From Octopus vulgaris (Eukaryota), in the NCBI GenBank assembly GCA_951406725.2, contig OX597818.1, forward strand, positions 23,746,001 through 23,810,000: a DNA stretch of 64,000 nt, in the 5' to 3' direction. Every line of letters begins with the position of its first letter. Position 1 is the first letter of the stretch. The notes under the pieces were generated by a model. It had not been told where the DNA came from, searched no databases, and saw only the letters and a list, made by a program, of their open reading frames with translations. Positions 1 through 12,169 of the stretch are shown piece after piece. The translations under genes and the position numbers were made by a program.

Positions 1-194
1 GTTAGCACACTGGGCGAAATGCTTAGCGGTATTTCGTCTGCCGTTACGTTCTGAGTTCAAATTCCGCCGAGGTCGACTTTGCCTTTCATCCTTTCGGGGT
101 CGATTAAATAAGTACCAGTTACGCACTGGGGTCGATGTAATCGACTTAATCACTTTGTCCTCTAGGTTTAGTTCCCTGTGGGCAATAAAGAAAT
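1..194 (+). mobile_element. tRNA-derived SINE, family A (5' end cut by window edge)
   Basis: B-box-like GAGTTCAAATTC, then GAGGTCGACTTTGCCTTTCATCCTTTCGGGGTCG and an AATAAAGAAATA tail; homologous copies at 6934, 33686, 42340, 58686 and 63395. Confidence 0.85.
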
Positions 195-534
195 AAATAT
201 ATGTAAATTTATATCGCGGACTCTTCGGTATATCGCGGGTTTCTGCGGCTGATATGTATTTATATTTTTTAGATTTCAATTATTTCTGTGGGCGGTTTTG
301 GAATGTAACACCCGCGATACGCGAGGGGTTACTGCTAGCTATATACCTTTCGAGGCGCTGTCCCAGTATAGCTGCAGTCTAATGACAAAAACAAGTGAAA
401 GATAAAAAATAGAAATCAGCAAAACCCACTAGTAGTTTGTCCCGTCTCCTGGCGAGACCATCAACTTTGTAAAACACTAGAAGGCAACAGCGACAACATT
501 ATATTTATCTTGGGGCATCACAAAAGCAAAAATA

Positions 535-771
535 CAGGGCTGGCCAAAAGTCACCCGACAGTAAATCAAACTTCCATAAATTCTATCTGTAATTCTGTAT
601 TGACTTGAATGGAAAAATGTGTCGCTCAAGAAGGACTTCAGTTTGAACAATTTTCATGATGTTTCATATTTAGATGCTTTTATTAAATTCGTTCAGTTGT
701 TAAACATAAATAAATCTTGGAATTAAATGGTTTTGATTTACTACTGTCTGGTGACTTTTGGCCAATCTCTC
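535..771. mobile_element. Tc1/mariner-type MITE
   Basis: TA then CAGGGCTGGCCAAAAGTCACCCGACAGTA; inverted copy TACTGTCTGGTGACTTTTGGCC at 742-763; non-coding interior. Confidence 0.6.
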
Positions 772-1700
772 TATATGAGTAAAGTATTCCGTGGAGGACT
801 ATTTGTTCCGCTAATCGCAGCTTGTCCAGCATCCTTGTTCTTGCCCACCATCTTTGTTCTTGTCTACCAAGAATGTTAAAGAATATAATTATCTTTCGTC
901 CGCGAAAGCGCTCATCTTCATAGAAAAGGTGAAAATATGATGTCGATGTGTATTTTTTTTTGTCTCCCAAACCCCTCAAAGGCATTAACAACTATCAAAA
1001 CTGAATTTCTTAAGCCGCTGCCAAGAATTTCCTCCTCACATTTCCACAGTGATTGACACGAGTAAAAACGACGGAAGCCTGTATGCAGCTACTCGACATG
1101 CTAGAAACACCAGCTAAATTTCCTTCATATCAAACCCTTCCGTCGTAAAAATAAAATAGGACTTATTGGATATCGTCCCAGATAGATCACGCCTGAAAAG
1201 GAGTAAAAAAAAAAAACAGACAGTATAGTCACGGCCTTACACCATAGATTTGCTTAATCCGAGCTAGTTTTCTGCAAAACAACAATAGTGATCGATATGC
1301 TAGACATCATATACTGCACACGTGATACCCTATAAGTTGGCAAGACTTCCGCCCGTCCCCCTGAAACACAAAAAAAAACACCCTTAAATTTTTTTTTTCG
1401 ACATAACCCCCCCCCCCCCTCCTTTTTCAGCTATGGGGACATACGAATCTGCAAAAAAATTGCCAGAAATCGACATTTCTAACTTACCCCCACCCCCATT
1501 TCCTTCACTTTCACTTTTTTCAGTTTTTTTTTTTTTTCAAAATATGCGGAAAAATACGGGAAATTATGATTCTGAAAAAAAATTTCCAAAAACTTTTGTA
1601 AAATTTTTTTTAAGAATTTTTTTTTTTTCTAAAGATGCAGGAAAATACGGACATTATGAGTCGGACAAAAATTTCGAAACATTTCTGTACTTACGGTTAT

Positions 1701-1806
1701 GGTTAGGGTTTTAGGGTTAGGGTTGGGGTTAGGGTTTTAGGGTTAGGGTTGGGGTTAGGGTTTAGGGTTAGGGTTTAGGGTTTAGAGTTAGGGTTAGGGT
1801 TAGGGT
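1701..1806 (+). repeat. Interstitial degenerate telomere-like (TTAGGG)n array
   Basis: TTAGGG/TTTAGGG/TTGGGG units, flanked by imperfect inverted segments (about 1440-1495 vs 1855-1912). Confidence 0.8.
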
Positions 1807-2296
1807 TTTAAGGTTATTGTTGGGGAAAAAAGTCAAAATTGAAGAAGTTGGAGGGGAAAGGGAGAAATTTCACAATGCTGATTTTTGGCAATTTTCCAGA
1901 ACCTCCGTATCCGAAAACGAGTATTGAAACCGTAACTCTAAGGCGCTCGTCACTAAGTACTATAAACATGACGTCTTCAAACCAAACTAGTGAAGAGATC
2001 AATGGAAAGAGATAAGTCGGACACTTCAATATCAGAAATACAAAACAACAGGATGATCGTGCCTGGAACGTCTTTAATGATAGACGGGCTTCATCAGGTC
2101 TGCACTAGTGCTAAGTATTATTAGGGTTAGGGTTTTTGTTCTTTAACACCGAATTTAAAGAGGGCAGTGAGTAAAACCAAAAAAAATTATGGTAAAGTGC
2201 TGAACAAACTTTCAGAAATCAAATCACGTCGCAGTTATAATGTGTGTGGGTGTATGTGTGGGTGTGTATGTTTATATGTATGTATATATATATGTA

Positions 2297-2364
<68 letters not shown>

Positions 2365-2368
2365 TATA

Positions 2369-2449
<81 letters not shown>

Positions 2450-2458
2450 ATATACAAG

Positions 2459-2493
<35 letters not shown>

Positions 2494-2550
2494 CTTACTT
2501 GGAAAAGGATGCGTGGCGTTCGATCATATAATAATGTAAATAATATATAG

Positions 2551-2917
2551 ATATATGCATATATACATACATATATGTACATACCTACATATATATGTAT
2601 ATATACATGCATATATGGGTACAGGACATAAAAAAAAACGTTGAACACAATGAGAAACGAAAACGTTTAAACGCAGAATAGATGAAACAGAGACAACTGA
2701 AGAAGGGGAATATTCTGTATGTTGCAGGTCTCGTTTCACTGTTTTTTCGTTGTTCGAAAAAAAAACGTACGTTTTCTATGTTTTTGTTTTTAAGTTTTCA
2801 TTTCTCATTGTGTTCAACGTATTTTTGGTTTTTTTTTTATGTCCTGTACCCATATATGCATGTATATATACATATATATGTAGGTATGTACATATATGTA
2901 TGTTTATATGCATATAT
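2551..2917. mobile_element. Palindromic element within (TA)n, probably a PLE terminus with inversion
   Basis: Arms ...GCATATATGGGTACAGGACATAAAAAAAAACGTTGAACACAATGAGAAA and its reverse complement at about 2800-2917. Confidence 0.6.
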
Positions 2918-2945
2918 GTATATATATATATATGTGTATGTATGT

Positions 2946-2976
<31 letters not shown>

Positions 2977-3400
2977 ACTAAGTACATATATACATTTATA
3001 TACATATCTAGATAAACCCACCTATGTATGTACATATACATATGCATATACATAAATACATATTTATATACACATACTTTTTTTAAATTTATAATCGATA
3101 TTATTGCTAATTAAGTATATACGCTCGTCTTAAATTGTATTTCTCCCGTTTGTTCTACTAAATCTATACATACATACATACATACATACATACATACAAT
3201 CGCACACACACACACACATACATACATACATACATACATACATACATACATACATACATACATACATACATACATACATACATACATACATACATACATA
3301 CATACATACAAACATTATTTAGTTTCTCCAATTTTGAGGTGACGAATGTAAATTATTTTAATTTGTTGTAATCAGCTATTACGTCAATACTAACAAATCT

Positions 3401-3579
3401 GGCGTGGCTGTATGGTAAGAAACTTGCTTCCCAACCACATGATTCTGGGTTCAGTCCCACTACGTGGCACTTTGGGAAAGTGTCTCCTACTATAAGCCTC
3501 AGGCCAACAAAAGCCTTGCGAGTTGAATTTGTAGGCGGAAACTGAAAGAAGCCCATCGTGTGTGTGTGTGTGTGTGTGC

Positions 3580-3665
<86 letters not shown>

Positions 3666-3885
3666 GTGTTTGTGTCCATGTGTGTCCTGCCACTATCGCT
3701 TCACAACCGATGTTAGTGTGTCTGTGTCCCCTTATCATAGCGATTCGGCAAAAGACACTGATAGAATAAGTACTAGCCTTACAAAGAATAAATCTTGGGG
3801 TCGATTTCTTCGACTAAAACTCTTTGAGGCGGTGCTCCAGCATGGCCAGAGTCAAATGACTGAAACGTATGAAAGAATAAAAGAA
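3401..3885 (+). mobile_element. tRNA-derived SINE, family B, with internal (GT)n
   Basis: A-box TGGCTGTATGG and B-box GGTTCAGTCCC; 3' end GGCGGTGCTCCAGCATGGCC...ACTGAAAC; many homologous copies in the window. Confidence 0.85.
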
Positions 3886-3920
3886 TATATATGTGTTCGT
3901 GAGTGTGATACATATATTTT

Positions 3921-4275
3921 CTTCTTTCTTTTACTAGTTTTAGTCAATTGACTGCGGCCATGCTAGAGCACCGCCTTTAGTCAAACAAATTGGTCCCAGG
4001 GATTATTCTTTGTAAGCCTTGTACTTATTCTATCGGACTCTTTAGTCGAACCGCTAAGTTACGGGGACGAAAACACACCAACATCGGTTGTCAAGCGATG
4101 GTGGCGGGACAAACACAGACACAAAAACATACATATACATACATACATACATACATACACACACATACATACATACACACACACACATACAGACATACAT
4201 ACATACAGACAGACATACATACATACATACATACATACATACATACATACATACATACATACATACATACATACA

Positions 4276-4306
<31 letters not shown>

Positions 4307-4418
4307 GTAGATAGATATAGATATATACACACACGACGGGCTTCTTTCAGTTTCCGTCTACCAAATCCACTCACAAGGCTTTGGTTGGCCCAACTCTATA
4401 GTAGAAGACACTTGCCCA
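3921..4418 (-). mobile_element. SINE family B, inverted copy with internal (TACA)n
   Basis: Reverse-complement homology to 3470-3870. Confidence 0.8.
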
Positions 4419-4470
4419 AAGTGAAAATCGCCATATATATTAACATACATACACACATAGATATACTAAT

Positions 4471-4532
<62 letters not shown>

Positions 4533-5318
4533 ATTACTGAAAGGCTCCAATTGTCAGTACTCAGAGTTACTTGTTTCCGATCTTCAGCCGGTAATCCGAG
4601 CCTGCCTTTCTTTTGAAATTTTCTCTTTGAAGATTTCAAAAGAAAACCATGCTCAGTTTACTGAGTACTGAAAATTGAGTTACCTTTAGTTACAAAGTCT
4701 TAAAGTATTCTCAACACTTGTATTGAGTCCTGTAATTTATCGCTTCTGGTGAATCAGCAGAGATACATACATACATACATACATACATACATACATACAT
4801 ACATACATACATACATACATACATACATACATACATACAAATACTTTTTTAAAATCTATAATCCATATTAGTGCTAATTAAGTATATATGCTCATATCTT
4901 AAATTGTATTTCTTCTGTTTGTTCTACCAGATCTAAACATACATACATACATACATACATACATACATACACACATACATTCATACGTACATACATACAC
5001 CCTTAAAAATTTTTTTCGACATAACCCTCTACCTCTACATACATACATACATACATACATACATACATACATACATACATACATACATACATACATACAT
5101 ACATACATACATACATCTTATAACATTAGTGTTAAAAATATTGCATATTGTGTTATAAGAGGGGAAAAAAATTATGAACTGAAAAATTGAAAGTTAATAA
5201 CAGTATTTGGAAGGGCAACTAAAAGTTTTAGGATATGGAACACAGACAATTCAAAGGCTGAATAATAAAAGGCTTTTACGAATTCTTACGAGTATACAAG
5301 TTTTGTTGTATGTGAAAA

Positions 5319-5355
<37 letters not shown>

Positions 5356-5607
5356 GAGAGAAAGGGAGAATGTGGGGAGAGAGCGCAACGAGTAAGGGAT
5401 TACACATACAAAAGTATTTACTGATGTGCACGTGTACACATGTATGTGTTTGTGTGCATATCTTAGCACGTCGACACATATTTCAAAAGTACATACATAC
5501 ACGTAATAATACATACATCCAAACAATTAATACATACATCCAAAGCACGCGTGCACACATGCATACATGCAAACATAAGTGCCCAAGTATAAAAAATTTC
5601 TACTTAC

Positions 5608-5683
5608 GAGCGACGACGATAGGTAATCCAAACGTAAATAAAAGTAGTAAAACTCCTAGCAATCCTTTCTTTTCATCATCCAT
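5608..5683 (-). CDS. Putative first coding exon of a host gene: signal peptide MDDEKKGLLGVLLLLFTFGLPIVVA, then a phase-1 intron
   Basis: Unique sequence; Kozak context ACAATGG; in-frame stop 15 nt upstream; donor C|GTAAGTA at 5607; acceptor TTCATTCATTTCAG ending at 5839; basic residues followed by a hydrophobic core. Confidence 0.65.
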
Positions 5684-6130
5684 TGTAGTAGAAGTTTTCT
5701 ACAAATCCCACAGGCAGGGTAAAGCAACAAGGAGAGATAAGGAGTCAAGGAACTGATAGCATACCACCATAACAGACATTGGAACCTGGCAGCTACATCA
5801 GTTAAGTTCCTGTTGTGGTGTGAGAGGATGAAAACACACTGAAATGAATGAATAAAGAAGTAAATAAATCTGAGATTTTCAAAAGAGAATTACTCGGCTC
5901 CTTTATGCTTTTGCTGCTTCAGTACCCCCACCAACACAACTATCACGTGACTTGCAACCCTCAAAAGTTCTGAATTTAGAGGGGCATAAGTAACTAAGAG
6001 CATGTTAGAAGATATGTATGTAAGTGCATAAATGTGTATACGCAAATATAAAGACAGATTGAAAGAGTGAGAGAGAGAGAGAGAGATGCATATATATATA
6101 TATTTACATGTGTGTGGGGGGGCGTGTGTC

Positions 6131-6770
6131 TTTTATCTTTCAGTTGTTTCAGTTATTAAACTGCGGCCATGCTGGAGCACCGCCTTGAAGAATTTTTTGT
6201 CAAATGGAGTGACCCCAGTAGTTTTTCGGGGGTTTTTTTTTGGTTTTATTTTTTTTTGTTAAGCCTGCTACTTATTCTATTGGTGTGTTTTGCCGAACCG
6301 CTGAGTTACGGTGACATAAACACGCCAACACCGGTTGTCAAGTGGGGAGGAACAGACACAAACACAAACAAATATATATGTTTCAGTCATTTTGTCTGCG
6401 GCCATGCTGGAGCACCGCCTTTAGACGAGCAAATCAACCCCAGGACTTATTCTTTGTAAGCCTACTACTTATTCTATCGGCCTCATTGACGAACCGCTAA
6501 GTTACGGGGATGTAAACACACCACCATCGGTTATCAGACGATGTTGGGGGACAGGCACAGACACACAAACGTATACACACACATACATACATATATATAT
6601 ATACAGATATATACGACGGGCTTCTTTCAGTTTCCGTCTACCAAATCCACTCACGAGGCCTTGGTCGGCCCGAGGCTTTGCCCAAGGTGCCACACAGTGG
6701 GACTGAACTCGGAACCATGTGGTTGGTAAGCAAGCTACATACCACACAGCCACTCCTGCGCCTTATATAA
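6131..6770 (-). mobile_element. SINE family B (one near-full copy plus an extra 3' part)
   Basis: Two 3' ends (about 6146-6184 and 6381-6419) and a tRNA-like head at about 6690-6760. Confidence 0.8.
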
Positions 6771-6821
<51 letters not shown>

Positions 6822-6933
6822 TTTATGGGATTACCTTACGTTTCCCGTCCATAAAAGGTTTAGCTTTATGGCGTATCATCAGATCCCAAAAACCTCTCTT
6901 AGAAATCGGCCTTCCCCATTTCTAATATATACT

Positions 6934-7145
6934 CTTTTCTATTCTAGGCACAAGGCCTGAAATTTGTTGGAAGGGGGGGGGGCAGTCGATTTGATCAACC
7001 CCAGTGCGCAACTGGTACTTAATTTATCGACCCCGAAAGGGTGAAAGGCAAAGTCGACCTCGGCGAAATTTGAACTCAGAACGTAACGGCAGACGAAAAA
7101 CGCTAAGCATTTCGCCCGGTATGCTAACGTTTCTGCCAGCTCGCC
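6934..7145 (-). mobile_element. SINE family A with 15-bp TSD
   Basis: TTTCTAATATATACT at 6919-6933 and 7146-7160. Confidence 0.9.
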
Positions 7146-7557
7146 TTTCTAATATATACTGCTCAACGTTTTAGTGTGCGCTTCTTCTTTTGAATTTATT
7201 TTCTACAAACGATATATATATACATATATAGGACGGGCCTCTTTCAGTTTCCGTCTACCAAATCCACTCGCAAGGCTTTGGTCCGCCCGAAGTTATAGTG
7301 GAAGACACTTGCTTACAGCTTACAGTAGAAGACACAGGACTTATTTGCACACACATACATACAGGCGCGTGCGTGTGTCCGTGTGTGCGTGCGTGCGCGC
7401 GCGCGAGTGTGTCTGTGTGTTTACAATACGTTTCTACACGAAATGCTGTTTCACTCTGAAGGCGTTTGTTGACCCGGGGCTATAGTAGTTGGAAAAACTT
7501 GCATAAGGTACCATGCAGTGGGACTGAATCGGAAACCAGATGGCTGCAAAGCAAGCT

Positions 7558-7650
<93 letters not shown>

Positions 7651-7671
7651 GCGGACAGGCAGGCAGGCAGG

Positions 7672-7713
<42 letters not shown>

Positions 7714-7722
7714 GGCAGAGGC

Positions 7723-7788
<66 letters not shown>

Positions 7789-7894
7789 GCGGACAGGCCG
7801 GCAGGCAGGCAGGCAAACTGGCAGACGGGCAAGCAGACAGACAGACAGACAGACACACAGACACACAGACACACAGACAGACAGACAGACACAC

Positions 7895-7975
<81 letters not shown>
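7558..7975 (+). repeat. Compound (GATA)n/(GACA)n/(GGCA)n microsatellite
   Basis: Direct reading. Confidence 0.95.
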
Positions 7976-8361
7976 TGTACATAAGCGAGCATCCATAAGT
8001 ATATTTAATAAGGGCACGTACTATTATGCTATTATTTAAATACGCAATAGAGAATGGTTGAATAAACTGCCTTTTAATACAAGTTCTAACATTTACGTTC
8101 GTGTATCATATCACAAACGTTATGTATGTATGTATGTATGTATGTATGTATGTATGTATGTATGTATGTATGTATGTATGTATGTATGTATGTATGTATG
8201 TATGTATGTATACGTACATACATACATCTTTTATCCTTTATCGTTAATTTGTTTCAGTCTTTAAACTGCAGCCATGCTGGGGCCCCCCTTAAAGAATTTT
8301 TTGATGAATGTATCTATCCCAGTACTTTACTTTTACACACACACACACACACACACTCATA

Positions 8362-8424
<63 letters not shown>

Positions 8425-8498
8425 ATGTGACCTCGTGTGTACCGTTGACGATTTTTTTTCCTCTGTCTTCCCTTCTCTGGATCTTTCCTTCTCCTATG

Positions 8499-8531
8499 TT
8501 TCCGACGAAGAGCTCCGCTCGAAACGTTAAT
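8499..8531 (+). ncRNA. Hammerhead-like motif (C4 variant, 8-nt core) in a PLE-type terminal fragment spanning 8421-8633
   Basis: CCGACGAA-GAGC UCC GCUC-GAAA-CG-UU; related fragments at 19500-19705, 20280-20412 and 57543-57628; stem I weak. Confidence 0.5.
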
Positions 8532-8721
8532 CCTTCCTTCTTTCCTTCTTTCCTGAGCATCCAATAATACTATATTTGTTCCACGTCCTCGCGTTGTTGT
8601 GTCTTTTTGTGCTTTCTTGTTTGGATTAACTATATATATATATATACTAGAGTAAGCACATAAATGAGAAACAAGGTGAAAAAGATAGTACTCAATAAAG
8701 CTGCAAAGCATCACAAAATCT

Positions 8722-8821
8722 GTTACTCAGACTTTCACGTTCCTGTTCGTCGAAAAGTTTTGGCTCAGAATGTAAACCAAAACTGTCCGACGAACAGCAA
8801 CTTGAAACTCTGAGTAACCGT

Positions 8822-8822
<1 letters not shown>
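8722..8822. ncRNA. Inverted repeat with a hammerhead-like fold in each polarity
   Basis: Plus arm AACUGU-CCGACGA-stem II-GAAA-CUCUGAG-UA-ACCGUU; the minus arm is a diverged copy; stem II degraded. Confidence 0.45.
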
Positions 8823-8854
<32 letters not shown>

Positions 8855-8960
8855 CTACATGCATACGACTAAGTTACAGGGATGTAAACACAGCAACACC
8901 GGTTATCAAGCGATGGTGGAGATACAAACACAGACACATACACATATATACATACATGCT

Positions 8961-9040
<80 letters not shown>

Positions 9041-9061
9041 CATATATACATACATGCTTAC

Positions 9062-9094
<33 letters not shown>

Positions 9095-9174
9095 ATAAAT
9101 ATTAGGGAATAAATCCAAATTTACAGGGAAAAAAATCAGATTTAGGATTAAATCCAATTTTATAGTAAAATATT

Positions 9175-9257
9175 ATATAATATTATTAGAGACAAAATTT
9201 TATGTATTGATTAAGTCTTTCCTTGTTTGTTTTGCAAAATAGTGGTTTTGTCTCTAA

Positions 9258-9268
<11 letters not shown>
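9175..9268. repeat. 23-bp inverted repeat in a (TA)n-embedded element (9093-9268)
   Basis: ATATAATATTATTAGAGACAAAA / TTTTGTCTCTAATAATATTATAT; the left part is homologous in reverse to about 57456-57486. Confidence 0.6.
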
Positions 9269-9325
<57 letters not shown>

Positions 9326-9431
9326 TACATACATGCATATATATATATATATATACACACACACATACATATATATATATATACATATATATGTATATAA
9401 ATATATACATGCATATAAATATACATGTGTG

Positions 9432-9484
<53 letters not shown>

Positions 9485-9515
9485 AGATGTATATGTAGAT
9501 GTATATGTATACGTG

Positions 9516-9599
<84 letters not shown>

Positions 9600-9651
9600 T
9601 TTCTATATATACATATGTAATCACTTCCCGTCGCCAGCCGGTGGTTGTAAC

Positions 9652-9690
9652 ACGCTGATGACGGGTCAATACCCAGAAACTCGGGTCCGT
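9652..9690 (+). ncRNA. Type I hammerhead ribozyme candidate
   Basis: ACG-CUGAUGA-C GGGU CAAU ACCC A-GAAA-CUCGGG-UC-CGU; GUC triplet; outer CCAGCC/GGCUGG helix. Confidence 0.65.
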
Positions 9691-9824
9691 TTGTATTACG
9701 TCAGGCTGGGGATTGGAACGATGATTTCCCTTTGCAAACACTGATAGGGCACAGACAGGAGATGTCTTCCTGGGGCTATAAGCTACAGTAGCATCGTCTC
9801 TAATGGGTCAGTCACTTATATATG

Positions 9825-9890
<66 letters not shown>

Positions 9891-9912
9891 CGTACACATA
9901 CATACATGTGTA

Positions 9913-10960
9913 TATCAAGAGCAGTACATAGGCCAAACAAAAAATAGTTTGCGTAAAAGAATGGCCCTGCACAGATCCCAGATAAAAATTCCCCAAAACA
10001 GAAAAATAGCTTTCAGCCAACACATAGATACTTGCGCCAACAACAAAACACCAGGCTTCAGGATTTTCCCCCTCTACCAATTTAGGGACGATACAACCTC
10101 GAGACAACGAATAAGTAAAGAAACTCTCTTTATTTCAAAATACAGGCCACTTCTTAACGGGTCTACGACAAACGATTAATATACCTCAACTTTAGAATAA
10201 AAGAAATACACACACAAATATTACATTCCAAAGAATCCATTACAAATCAGCCCCAATCACAGCTATAATCCATAACATGCCAACTTCAAGTCATACAACA
10301 CCTCACTACTTTCACCCATTCATATTTTCCCTTCTCTTTTTTCTTCTTCTTCCTCTTCTTCATCATCATTATCATCATCATCGTCGTCATCATCATCACC
10401 ATCATCATCATCATCTTCTTCTTCTCCTTCTCCTTCTTCTTCATCATCATCATCAACATCGTCATCTTCTTCTTCTTCTTCTTCTTCTTCTTCTTCTTCT
10501 TCTCTACCTTCTACCTCTTAACCTTATCACTAATGCTTTTTAGTATACCACCTACGTAAATTCCATAAACAAACCTTTCAATAGAAATATTCTCCTGAAT
10601 TGAACTGCAACTGACCATTCAAAATACGACAATCAAGGCACTCCCAAATTTTTGCACCCGTCTCCTCATCATCCTTCTTCTTCTTCTACCCTACCAAGAA
10701 TTCACAACGACCTCGAACACACAAGTGCAAACAAGGGAGACAGAGAAAGGCAGAATGCCACTTATATTTGAACACTATACAAATATTCCTTTAAAAATAC
10801 TTTTCTTCTAATATTTCTAATTTTAATTATTTAATCGTTACAGTTGAAAAGGTCTCAAAATGACCGAAACCGGTACTGAAATGTTCTTTATAAAATTATT
10901 TTAGCATTTTCTATTTTGACTTGTTTTTTCATATATATCAACTCGTGTGTTCCTTTTCAC

Positions 10961-10963
<3 letters not shown>
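9913..10963 (+). mobile_element. 5'-truncated Penelope-like element: GIY-YIG C-terminus plus 3' UTR/pLTR, flanked by TA-rich microsatellite
   Basis: QYIGQTKNSLRKRMALHRSQI...HIDTC...KETLFISKYRPLLN (stop at 10179); hammerhead at 10841. Confidence 0.8.
10841..10878 (+). ncRNA. Minimal type I hammerhead, U3:A8 variant
   Basis: CAG-UUGAAAA-GGUC UCAAAAU GACC-GAAA-CCGG-UA-CUG; palindromic stem III ACCGGU. Confidence 0.7.
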
Positions 10964-11011
<48 letters not shown>

Positions 11012-11181
11012 AATATTTGTTGTGCAAGATTTTTTATGTGAAGTCGTGTGTTGAAACAGATATTGTTATATTTCGGAATGGTCATATTGCCAGTTTAGCC
11101 AATAAAAACACACGCACTATATATTTGGTGTTATTTTGCTTCAGTGATATTTATTTTTTACATTAATCTTAATCTTATTTC

Positions 11182-11226
11182 GGCCAAAGTTCTTTCGTCA
11201 CACTCCTGTGACCGCATCAGTGGTCC
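11182..11226 (-). ncRNA. PLE pLTR hammerhead candidate (core CUGAUGCG)
   Basis: GGACCA-CUGAUGCG-GUCAC AGGAGU GUGAC-GAAA-GAAC-UU-UGGCC. Confidence 0.6.
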
Positions 11227-12169
11227 TTTGTTTTCTTCTCACTTACTTGTGTCTCTCCTTACTAACCGTCAGCCATTTTGTATTTCTATTGTATGTCTTC
11301 ATTTGCGCATGCTTATATCTCTATGTGCGTCTATGTTTATTTAGTGTGTGTGTGGGGGGGATGCCTGTAATATTTGTATCTTCTGGTTATATACATTCTT
11401 GTAATTTGTATTTTGTTTTTGTTGTTGTTGCTTTTGTTCTAATTTTGTTCATGTGTTTACATCCACCCATTATTATCATTACATATGCTTGTATGTATGT
11501 ATAACAACAATATTAGTAATAATATTAATAAATCTAATCGAGAAAAAAAAAAAAAAAAAAAAAGAATATACATATACATATATATATATATACATACATA
11601 TACATATACATATATATATATATACATATATACACACATATATACACATATACATATACACATATATACACATATACATATATATAGATATTCATTTCTA
11701 TTTCTTTAATTTATACATATACACATATATACACATATACATATAGATAGATATTCATTTCTATTTCTTTAATTACCTGTGTATTTATTATGTTTGCAGG
11801 ATCCACTATTGTCATATGTTGTGGTGTGCGCTATTGCTTCATTCTAGTTTTCTATTCAGGCTAGGTTTATTTTCTATTATATGTGTAGCTTCTGTAATTT
11901 GTCTAATTGTTGCATCTGTTCTATGTGTGGACAATATCTTAATCTCTATGTTATTGATTGATCCCCATCCGTACAGAGAGTTCTACTAAAAGGATAGGTT
12001 CTACCAATTATAGATCTGATAGGGTTGCCTGGCTTTTCAACAACCTTAATTCTTAGTTTAAGTTTATCTAGGGTCCTTCTAAAGCGGTACGCTAGTTCAC
12101 CTCCAGGGGTGGTGTCAACGAACATGACACTCTGGTATTTATGGCTATCATACCAAGAGTTGGCCTTCC

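Noticed and set aside
1-70. tRNA genes at SINE heads
   Set aside because: A/B boxes only; no full cloverleaf; sequence continues into the SINE body
683-991. 102-aa minus-strand ORF
   Set aside because: Overlaps a MITE end; no domain or splice support
2694-2740. CTGAAGAAGGGG as a hammerhead core
   Set aside because: No closing stem II or downstream GAAA/UH in the right order
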